Source of the DNA: Vulcanimicrobiota bacterium
Lineage (GTDB): Bacteria; Vulcanimicrobiota; Xenobia; Xenobiales; JADMJV01
NCBI GenBank assembly: GCA_050250895.1
Contig: JBFWNU010000004.1
Location: 462,934-526,933 of the forward strand
DNA length: 64,000 bases
Direction: 5' to 3'
Notes under the pieces: model-generated
The model's input: only the letters and a program-made list of their open reading frames with translations
Told to the model about the DNA's origin: nothing
Databases searched by the model: none
Position numbers and translations under genes: made by a program
Part shown: piece by piece, positions 56,694 to 64,000 of the stretch
How positions within the stretch are numbered: the first letter of the stretch is position 1
How the letters are laid out: each line of letters opens with the position of its first letter

Positions 56694-56984
56694 TCACCCC
56701 TCGAACTGCCGGCCGTCTCGGTCACCGGCGCGATTTGCAGGCGTTGAGCCAGCAGCATGACCAGGGCCTCTTTGAGTGCCACCTTGCGACCCAACTCGAG
56801 TGATAGCGAATGTAGAACTAGCCGAAGCAGCTCGGTTGTCTCGGGGTCGAGGTGCAAGGTGATCTCTTCGCTCTCGACCTCGGTCGGCGGAATCCCGCCA
56901 GGCAGGCCGCCTTTGGGAGTGGTGGAGGGCTTCGGGTTTAAGGGCGATGAGGGCTTCGCGGGTGTGTTCTTGAAGAGGTTTCAT
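56694..56984 (-). pseudogene. Collapsed second copy of the HNH gene (start, middle and last codons only)
   Basis: MKPLQEHTREAL..PEALHH | TPKGGLPG..PTEVESEEITLHLDPET...QIAPVTE | GRQFE, colinear with copy 1. Confidence 0.85.
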
Positions 56985-57040
56985 ACTCCGATTTTACCGA
57001 AGCCCGGCGAAGGAAGTGTCCCGCGAGCCCCTTCTGGCCC

Positions 57041-57111
57041 GTGGGTTGCTGAGCCGTCACCCAAACCAGCTCGTCTCGCTGCACATTTCACCAGGCCCTT
57101 TCAGCTCACCC
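57041..57111 (-). repeat. Copy B of the repeat shared with 50771-50872
   Basis: See copy A; minus strand reads LVKCAARRAGLGDGSATH. Confidence 0.55.
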
Positions 57112-57361
57112 AGATTCGAGACCGAGTTGAAAAGCAAGCGCGTCGGCTTGAGACAGATAACTTGCGAGGCCACCTCTTCCGCAAGGCTCGGTTGGCCGGT
57201 CCAATCGGTTGCCACTATCCTCAACGGGATGTGTCATCACTACAATCCCTTTCACAGCTCCAACTTGCACGCGTACAGTTTCCTGAATCCAAACCATCTC
57301 CTGGTCTTGACAGCCTGTCCTCGCGAAGGAGTTGACCAAGTGGTCTAGAAAAGTCGGGGCG

Positions 57362-57817
57362 ATGCTGGCTCGATTTAGTGCTTTCTTTCTGCGACGCCGT
57401 TCGCTGGTCCGCCTGGTGACCCGATTTCACATGCTGGTCTACCGGGCCACCGGCGGCGTAGTGGGCGGTCTCATTGCCGGGGTTCCCAACCTGCTGTTGA
57501 CGACCGTCGGCAGAAAGTCGGGGATCCAGCACACCACGCCGCTGTTCTATCTGCCCGATGGCGACCGCTTCATCGTGGTCGCCTCCTACGGCGGCAACCC
57601 CAACGACCCGGCCTGGTGGAAGAATCTCCAGAAGAACCCCCAGGGGTGGGTCGAGATCGGGTCGCAGCGCATGGCCGTCACGGCCCATCAGGCCGACGAT
57701 GAACTCAAGCGCAAGATGTGGCCGGTCTTCGTGCGCCACTATCCCGCCTACAATGATTACCAGGCCCGCACCGACCGGGTCATTCCGCTGGTGGTGCTCA
57801 AGCCCGAACAGCGCTAA
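57362..57817 (+). CDS. Deazaflavin-dependent nitroreductase family protein (Ddn-like)
   Basis: LLLTTVGRKSG...TPL, VVASYGG...PAWWKNL..NP, YQARTDRVIPLVVL. Confidence 0.92.
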   Translation: MLARFSAFFLRRRSLVRLVTRFHMLVYRATGGVVGGLIAGVPNLLLTTVGRKSGIQHTTPLFYLPDGDRFIVVASYGGNPNDPAWWKNLQKNPQGWVEIGSQRMAVTAHQADDELKRKMWPVFVRHYPAYNDYQARTDRVIPLVVLKPEQR

Positions 57818-57823
57818 GTCCCT

Positions 57824-58741
57824 ATGGCCAATGCTCTTTCCATAAGGGGCCTGAAGAAGACCTACGGGGGAAAGGTCGAGGCTCTCAAAGGTGTCGACCT
57901 CGACGTGGCCGAGGGCGACTTCTTTGCCCTGCTCGGGCCCAACGGGGCCGGCAAGTCGACCATGATCGGCATTCTCACCGGCCTGGTGAACAAGACCGGA
58001 GGCACCGTCGAAGTCTTCGGCAAGGATCTCGATCGCGATCCAGCCGGGGTGAAGTCAAGCCTGGGCGTGGTGCCGCAAGAGTTCAACTTCAACGTGTTCG
58101 AGACCGTGATCAACACCGTCATCTTCCAGGCCGGCTACTATGGCATTCCCGCTGCGGTGGCCATGCCCCGGGCCGAGAAGTTGCTCAAGGACCTCGAACT
58201 GTGGGAAAAGCGCGAAGAGCCGGCCCGCAACCTCTCGGGCGGCATGAAGCGGCGCTTGATGCTGGCTCGGGCGCTGGTCAACGAGCCGCGCATGCTGATT
58301 CTCGACGAGCCGACGGCGGGTCTTGATATCGAGCTGCGCCGGGCCCTGTGGGAGTTTCTCACCAACCTCAACGCGGATGGCACCACCATCATCCTGACCA
58401 CCCACTATCTCGAAGAGGCCGAGCACCTTTGCCGCAACGTGGCCATTATCGACCACGGCAAACTGCTCGAGCTGCAGCCCATCGCCGAGCTGCTCAAGAA
58501 GCTCGAGACCCAGACTTTCATCCTCGAGGTCGACCCGCCGCTCGAGCAGGCTCCCCAGGTGAGCGGGTTCGAAGCCGTACTGCTGGGGCCCGACCGGCTC
58601 GAAGTAAGGCTGCCTAAAGACACGACCCTCAATTGCGTGTTCGAGCAGCTCGACGGCATCGGCGTCAGTGGCATGCGCAACAAGTCCAACCGCCTCGAAG
58701 AGCTGTTTATGGACCTGGTGGGCAAGAAGGTGACCCTGTGA
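57824..58741 (+). CDS. ABC-2 transporter ATP-binding protein (YadG-like)
   Basis: GPNGAGKST, VVPQEFNFN, LSGGMKRR, ILDEPT, TTHYLEEAE. Confidence 0.95.
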   Translation: MANALSIRGLKKTYGGKVEALKGVDLDVAEGDFFALLGPNGAGKSTMIGILTGLVNKTGGTVEVFGKDLDRDPAGVKSSLGVVPQEFNFNVFETVINTVIFQAGYYGIPAAVAMPRAEKLLKDLELWEKREEPARNLSGGMKRRLMLARALVNEPRMLILDEPTAGLDIELRRALWEFLTNLNADGTTIILTTHYLEEAEHLCRNVAIIDHGKLLELQPIAELLKKLETQTFILEVDPPLEQAPQVSGFEAVLLGPDRLEVRLPKDTTLNCVFEQLDGIGVSGMRNKSNRLEELFMDLVGKKVTL

Positions 58742-59511
58742 ACTCCCGTCAGTTGTGGGTGGCTTTCTACACCATCGTGCGCAAAGAGATCGTGCGGTAT
58801 CTGCGCATCTGGACCCAGACCATTCTGCCTCCGGCCATCACGATGGGGATCTACTTCGTGGTCTTCGGACGCTTTCTGGGCGACCGCATCCAGAACTTCG
58901 GCGAGCATAGCTACATCGAGTTCATCCTGCCGGGTCTGATCATGATGGCTACCATCACCAACTCGTTTTCCAACGTGGCCAGCTCGTTCTTTAGCGCCAA
59001 GTTCCAACGCTCGGTGGAAGAGATGCTGATCAGTCCCCTCCCCAACTGGCTGATCGTCAGCGCCTATGTGGTGGGCGGCGCCACCCGCGGCATCCTGGTG
59101 GGCATCGTGGTGCTGTTTGTCTCGTTGGCCTTCACCCACCTCAGCGTTCACTCGGTGCTGATTGTCTTCACCTTTTTGATCCTGACCGCCTTGACGTTTG
59201 CCACGGCCGGTTTCGCCAACGGCATGATTGCTCGCAAATTCGACGACATCGCCATCGTGCCGACGTTCGTACTAACGCCGCTGACCTACTTTGGAGGGGT
59301 CTTCTATAAACTGGACCTGCTACCGCCGCTGTGGCAGACGGTTTCGAAGCTCAACCCAATCCTCTACATGGTCAACGGCCTGCGCTTTGGCTTTTTGGGA
59401 GTATCCGATGTCGAGGTCACCCACGGCCTGGTGATGCTGGTCATCTTCCTGGTGGTCATTTTCGTGGTCAACCTGCGCTTGATGGACAAAGGGGTCGGTT
59501 TGAAGTCTTGA
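58738..59511 (+). CDS. ABC-2 transporter permease (YadH-like)
   Basis: RIWTQTILPPAIT, PGLIMMA.ITNSFSNVASSFF, LNPILYMVNG.R.GFLG; GTGA overlap. Confidence 0.93.
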   Translation: MNSRQLWVAFYTIVRKEIVRYLRIWTQTILPPAITMGIYFVVFGRFLGDRIQNFGEHSYIEFILPGLIMMATITNSFSNVASSFFSAKFQRSVEEMLISPLPNWLIVSAYVVGGATRGILVGIVVLFVSLAFTHLSVHSVLIVFTFLILTALTFATAGFANGMIARKFDDIAIVPTFVLTPLTYFGGVFYKLDLLPPLWQTVSKLNPILYMVNGLRFGFLGVSDVEVTHGLVMLVIFLVVIFVVNLRLMDKGVGLKS

Positions 59512-59545
59512 TAGGACTTGTGCGGCGGCCTCCGAATCCCCGGGC

Positions 59546-60106
59546 ATGAGCGAAGAGACGATCACCGAGAACCCCCCCGACCTCAATCCCATCGGGCACA
59601 TGCTCGACGACTATGTAGCCTGGGTCAACGACCAGGGCGAGGGCGAAGTCAAAGTCGAGTATGACGAGGACGACGACAGCTTTCGGGTGATTCGCAACGA
59701 AGCCAACCCCGTTACCATCTACTCCTCCGAGATCGACCATCAATTCTATCTCGAGGGCCAGGCGGTCTTTGTCGAGGCCGAGGTGGGCGTGCCCAACGAG
59801 TCGCTCAACCTGGCCGACGTGATGCGGTTTTCGGGCGACGAGCTGGTGCTCTCGCGCATCAGCCTGACCGAACGTGACGAAGGCGAGTTCTTGTTGGTGG
59901 TCGAGGCCGCTCTGCCCACCTCGCTAGTGGAGTTTAGCTTGCTCGATCTGATGGTGCGCGAGGTGGCCACCATCGCCTCGGACATCCGCTCGCAACTGCC
60001 CATCGGCGATGCCCAGGAGGCTGACGATGAGGAAGACGACGAGGAAGACGACGAGGATGAGGACGACGAGGGCGACGACGACTACGAAGACATCGGCGAC
60101 GACTAG
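59546..60106 (+). CDS. Very acidic protein, YbjN/CesT-chaperone-like fold with an Asp/Glu tail
   Basis: SRISL.E....LLVVEAALP...LMVREVATIASDI; tail of about 25 D/E-dominated residues. Confidence 0.6.
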   Translation: MSEETITENPPDLNPIGHMLDDYVAWVNDQGEGEVKVEYDEDDDSFRVIRNEANPVTIYSSEIDHQFYLEGQAVFVEAEVGVPNESLNLADVMRFSGDELVLSRISLTERDEGEFLLVVEAALPTSLVEFSLLDLMVREVATIASDIRSQLPIGDAQEADDEEDDEEDDEDEDDEGDDDYEDIGDD

Positions 60107-60260
60107 CCGACCGCGTCAGGGGGCGCGCTCTCGCGCACCTGGGCGACCGCATCTCCGGGGGACAGCTGGGCTTGTAGGTGGCCTGCTTCAGGCGAAGCTC
60201 GGACCATGTCGTGCTGGCTCAGCTTGACCTCGACCGGCCGCGCCAGCAGCCGGTCCCAAA

Positions 60261-60830
60261 ATGAGCATGCAGCACGGCTATCAACCCGACGGCGGACAAG
60301 TGGTGGCCGTGAGCAGCAACCCCGAACACGCTCTGAGCAAAATCCGGCGCAACGAGATTCGCCTGCTGGCCGGGCTGGGAGTCGAGGGGGATGCCCACGC
60401 CGGAGCCACCGTGCAGCACCGCTCGCGGGTGCCTCGCGATCCGAGCCAGCCGAACCTGCGCCAGGTGCACTTGTTGCAGGCCGAACTGCTCGACGAACTG
60501 GCCCGGGACGGACGCCCGGTGCAAGCTGGAGAGATGGGCGAGAACGTGACCACCCGCGGGGTCGACCTGCTCGGCCTGCCCAGCACCACTCGACTGCGGT
60601 TGGGAGCTGACGCGGTGGTCGAAGTGACGGGATTGCGCAATCCCTGCGCTCAGTTGGACGGGCTCTATCCCGGCCTGATGCAGGCGGTGCTGGGGCGCGA
60701 TCCAGAGGGCGGACTGGTACGCCGGGCGGGAGTGATGGCCATCGTCATCGAGAGCGGAACGGTGCGGCCGGGGGACTCCGTCGTGGTCGAGTTGCCGGCC
60801 TCACCGCATGGCCGGCTCGAGCCGGTCTGA
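60261..60830 (+). CDS. MOSC domain protein
   Basis: GVEGDAH, RQVHL, GENVTTRG, TGLRNPC.QLD, GVMA.V..G.VRPGD. Confidence 0.92.
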   Translation: MSMQHGYQPDGGQVVAVSSNPEHALSKIRRNEIRLLAGLGVEGDAHAGATVQHRSRVPRDPSQPNLRQVHLLQAELLDELARDGRPVQAGEMGENVTTRGVDLLGLPSTTRLRLGADAVVEVTGLRNPCAQLDGLYPGLMQAVLGRDPEGGLVRRAGVMAIVIESGTVRPGDSVVVELPASPHGRLEPV

Positions 60831-62369
60831 GGCCACCTTGCAAAAGAGATTCCAGTCGCGGACCGTCTCGCTGAGATGGCGAGGCAATACCTGGCCCTCG
60901 AGACGGGGCGGCGACAACACCACCTTCAAAGCCATGCCGTCGCGGGTGTAGGGTCCGCCGGGATGGGCGGGACGCACCTCGATGATGGCCCGGGCTGGGC
61001 CCAGTTCGAGTTCGGCCCGTTGACCACGGTGGTGGCGCCCCACCAGGGCGTAATGCCAGCCACGGCGCCGAGCCAGTGCGGCAAACTGGTGCTGGCGCAG
61101 GGGTGGCGAGTCGGTCTCGGGCAGCTGGGTGTAAACCTGGCGGTCCAGCTGCTCGAAGGGCTGGTCCAGGTTCCAGTCGCCTGCGGGCGACTCGGCGGGG
61201 TGCCACAGAAGCCCGCCGTCCAGCCCGGTCTCGAGACCCCTGGGCCCCAGCAGAAGCAGCCTCTGGCTCAAGCCCTGCAGCAAGCGACAACAGCGCAAGC
61301 CGGTGACCGGTTGGCCGCTGCGTAAGGCCCACTCGAGCGCCTGGCTATGGGCGCGCGCGAGACGGCGTCCGATGGGGCTGTCAGGGTCAGGGTCGCCGAT
61401 GCCTTCGACGCGAACGTTCGGGCCCAGACCATCCAGAACGGCGGTCACCTGGGTCCGGGCCGAAGGGTAGGACAGTTCGGCTTCGAGAGCTACCAGCCGC
61501 TGAACGGCCGCCCCGGACCCGATCCGAGCCAGAGCCTCGATGGCTAGATGCCCCAGGCGGGCCGCCCGGGGGCCGTGGCCCTGGACCCGGGTGTAGGACC
61601 ACTGGACCACTTCTTCGAGCCAGTCGACGGCCGCCGGGCCAGAGAGCTCGCCGGTCAGGCACACCAGGCCCTCCACCAGCCGGGGCTCGTCGCGCTCGAG
61701 CGCCGCCAGGCGCGGGCTGACCCAGGCCAACAGCCTCGAGATGAAAGCCTGCTCGCCCACTCGAGCCAGCAGTCGATGAGCCTGGGTGCGCCAACGCCGT
61801 GACAAGCGGCGGGGAACCCGCCGAGCGTGAGCCAACAGATTGCGCCAGGGGCGCTCGGACTTCGGTTCGGCCGCCTCGAGCACCGCCTCTCGGCGAGAGA
61901 GCAAATTGTTCACCCGGGTAGCCTGAAGGTGGTCGCCGTGCGCTTCGAAGAGGCCACGAAGCCGGGTCAGGGCCGGCTGCAGGCGCCCCGCCGCGCCCTG
62001 CCACTCGACCTGGCGCACCATCAGCGGTCCCAGTTCCCTGGCCGAAGCGGGGTCACACACCAGCCACAGACAAACCTCGAGCTCTTCCGGGCTAAACGGC
62101 AGCTTCTTGCGCAACAGGGCCCGACACAGCTCGCGCAAGAGAAACAGTCGAGCCACCACCTCAGGCCCCGCCGGACTCAATTGCCACAGGCTGCGCGTCA
62201 TGGCCGCCACCACCAGACGGGCTTGCATGGTCCGCCCGCAACGCAACATGGCCCGGGCTGTCGCACACTGCTCGAGGGTCAGGTGCCAGCCACTTTGTAT
62301 GCCCTCCTCGAGCAAGCGAGAGAGTTGCGCTTGGAGCGGGGTCTCCAGGGGAAACCCATCGGGACTCAA
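60801..62369 (-). CDS. DUF4132-like domain protein
   Basis: LWHPAES, QPFEQLDRQVY, LRQHQFAALARRRGW, SETVRD..LF. Confidence 0.65.
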   Translation of the reverse strand: MSPDGFPLETPLQAQLSRLLEEGIQSGWHLTLEQCATARAMLRCGRTMQARLVVAAMTRSLWQLSPAGPEVVARLFLLRELCRALLRKKLPFSPEELEVCLWLVCDPASARELGPLMVRQVEWQGAAGRLQPALTRLRGLFEAHGDHLQATRVNNLLSRREAVLEAAEPKSERPWRNLLAHARRVPRRLSRRWRTQAHRLLARVGEQAFISRLLAWVSPRLAALERDEPRLVEGLVCLTGELSGPAAVDWLEEVVQWSYTRVQGHGPRAARLGHLAIEALARIGSGAAVQRLVALEAELSYPSARTQVTAVLDGLGPNVRVEGIGDPDPDSPIGRRLARAHSQALEWALRSGQPVTGLRCCRLLQGLSQRLLLLGPRGLETGLDGGLLWHPAESPAGDWNLDQPFEQLDRQVYTQLPETDSPPLRQHQFAALARRRGWHYALVGRHHRGQRAELELGPARAIIEVRPAHPGGPYTRDGMALKVVLSPPRLEGQVLPRHLSETVRDWNLFCKVASDRLEPAMR

Positions 62370-62446
62370 GCCCAGGGCATGTCGAGGCCGACCGAGAATC
62401 TTTTCATACCTCTAAGATAGCACCTCGAGTCGATTTTTCAACAAGC

Positions 62447-62476
62447 TTTACAAAGCAAAGTATTTGATGATACAAT
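62447..62476 (+). promoter_or_regulatory. Sigma70-type promoter (TTTACA, 18 bp, TG-a-TACAAT), 7 nt before ATG 62484
   Basis: AT-rich divergent intergenic region; no SD. Confidence 0.6.
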
Positions 62477-62483
62477 CCTGACC

Positions 62484-63629
62484 ATGCAAAGATGGCGCAA
62501 ACGCTGCCTCTGGAGCCTATCGCTGGTTCTTCTCTACGGGCTGGCGAGAATGCTGATGCTCAAGCTGGCGGCTTCCTACACGACCATGGGTCTGGCCCAG
62601 GCGTTGCGCATCGGTTTGACGGCCATCGCCGCTCCGGCCATCGCCATCGAAGGGGTCCTGTGGATCCATACCGGAGTCGGCCTGCCCCACCTGGCCGTTC
62701 TGTTCCTGGTCTTCCTGGTTTATGTGACCGTGGCCGACCTGCTCCGCAAAGCCCCCCCTGACTCGAAGGGGATCAAACTGACCCGGCGGGCTTTTCTGGC
62801 CAGCGGCGGGGCCGGGCTGGCGGTGGCAGCTTATGGGGCTGGCTACGAGCGCGAGCATCTCACCTTCTCTCACCGAGACCTCCCCCTGGTCGACCTGCCC
62901 CCCTCCCTCGAAGGGCGCCGGCTGGTCCTGCTCAGCGACCTGCACCGCGGTCCCCTGGTCTCGATGGACTATCTCGACGAAGTCATTCACAAGGTCAACG
63001 AGTTGCGACCCGACCTGGTGCTCTTGCCGGGGGACTTCATCTCGAAGTCTCCCGACTACTATCCCGACGTGGCCGAAATTCTCTCCGGACTACGGCCCCG
63101 CATCGCCAGTCTGGCCACGCTCGGCAATCACGACCATTGGGAGGGGGCCGACCTGGCGCGCCAGGCGTTGCAGCAAGCCGGTGTGCTGCTGCTCGACAAC
63201 AGCAACATCCATCTCGACCATCGGGGCGAGCTGACGCTCGAAGCGACCAGGGGGCTTTGTCTGGCCGGCGTTGACGACCTGTGGGAAGGCCAGCCGGACG
63301 TGGCACGAGCCTTGACCGGGGTTGCCCCCGATGTGCCTCGCATCTTGCTATCGCACAACCCCGACCTGGCCGAAGAAGAGGGCCTGAGCGGTCATCGCGT
63401 CGACCTGCAGGTGTCGGGTCACACCCACGGCGGCCAGATCGTGCTGCCGGGCATCGGCCCCGTAGCCACCGGCTCTCGCTATGGGCTCAAATATGTGGCC
63501 GGCGCCGTCAACGGCCCCGGCTGGCCGGTTTATATCACTCGCGGCATCGGCACCAGCATGCTGCCGGCCCGTCTGGGCTCGCCCCCCGAAATCGTCGTCT
63601 TTGACTTGCGCTGCTCTCGCCTGGCCTGA
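62484..63629 (+). CDS. Membrane-associated metallophosphoesterase (YkuE/YaeI-like)
   Basis: LSDLH, GDF, LGNHD, LSHNPD, SGHTHGGQ, TRGIG. Confidence 0.93.
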   Translation: MQRWRKRCLWSLSLVLLYGLARMLMLKLAASYTTMGLAQALRIGLTAIAAPAIAIEGVLWIHTGVGLPHLAVLFLVFLVYVTVADLLRKAPPDSKGIKLTRRAFLASGGAGLAVAAYGAGYEREHLTFSHRDLPLVDLPPSLEGRRLVLLSDLHRGPLVSMDYLDEVIHKVNELRPDLVLLPGDFISKSPDYYPDVAEILSGLRPRIASLATLGNHDHWEGADLARQALQQAGVLLLDNSNIHLDHRGELTLEATRGLCLAGVDDLWEGQPDVARALTGVAPDVPRILLSHNPDLAEEEGLSGHRVDLQVSGHTHGGQIVLPGIGPVATGSRYGLKYVAGAVNGPGWPVYITRGIGTSMLPARLGSPPEIVVFDLRCSRLA

Positions 63630-63663
63630 CGGGAGGCCAACCCTCGGCGTCGAAGACTGGACT

Positions 63664-64000
63664 ATGTCCGAGCCCCGGCTGCCCGCCGTTCCCACTGTCG
63701 AGACCCGACCTGCCGCCCGGGACGATCTGCTCGAAGCCACGCTCAAGGTGGGGTCGAGAAGGCTGGTGGCCAGGTTTCTGGGCAGCCAGCTCAGACCAGG
63801 GGCCGAAGCCCTGCTCGAGACCTTCGCCTCGAACCAACCCGAGTCCGGGACCCGTGTCTCCTTGGGCTGGTGCGATCTGGTGCTGGCCGAGCAAGGTTGC
63901 GACTTGATAGTGTGCGAGCCAGACTTCGAGACAGAACCTTACTTCAAGCGAGTCGAGCAAGTCACCACGGCGCTCGAGGTCGCTTCAGCCCAGGCCAATT
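63664..64000 (+). CDS. Partial gene at the right edge; possible Imm33-like immunity-family protein
   Basis: Open frame from ATG 63664: ...LGWCDLVL...LIVCEPDF...P....VTTALEV..AQ. Confidence 0.5.
   Translation, partial: MSEPRLPAVPTVETRPAARDDLLEATLKVGSRRLVARFLGSQLRPGAEALLETFASNQPESGTRVSLGWCDLVLAEQGCDLIVCEPDFETEPYFKRVEQVTTALEVASAQAN

Noticed and set aside
1-64000. tRNA, rRNA, IS transposase or prophage genes
   Set aside because: No cloverleaf or T-loop signatures, rRNA-like segments, DDE transposases or phage structural genes were recognised by eye.

Overview
A high-GC, gene-dense bacterial chromosomal segment. Gene content and lineage-specific hypothetical families suggest Candidatus Eremiobacterota/Vulcanimicrobiota (Xenobia-like), but that is an inference. 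About 55 intact genes are present. Signalling is heavily represented: hybrid and degenerate histidine kinases, REC proteins, a GGDEF protein, class III cyclases and a protein kinase. Other genes include two B12-binding radical SAM enzymes, pgeF, pduO, hrpB, bolA, a PilC plus minor-pilin cluster, an ABC-2 exporter and flavin/F420-type oxidoreductases. No rRNA, tRNA or CRISPR array was seen. The accessory hotspot is about 50.6-57.3 kb, a tandemly repeated and heavily deleted module of HNH gene, tyrosine-recombinase remnants, toxin-antitoxin pairs and Rhs fragments. It still carries one orphan Rhs C-terminal HExxH toxin with a candidate lipoprotein immunity gene. Other leads are: (i) an adenylate cyclase-USP-sirtuin-[PyrE-like PRTase fused to beta-propeller] operon; (ii) a PqqD/RRE domain fused to a leader-like segment and a 22-Cys tail; (iii) an FrpC self-processing-module-like protein with Ser-Pro instead of Asp-Pro, divergent from a B12 radical SAM gene; (iv) a TNT/ART-like toxin with no obvious immunity gene; (v) a PhoR-like kinase lacking its phospho-His; (vi) a shared ~115-120 aa helical repeat in three hypothetical proteins; (vii) strong over-representation of CTCGAG; and (viii) signs of leaderless transcription and CTG starts. 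All family calls come from motif recognition by eye; no database searches were run.
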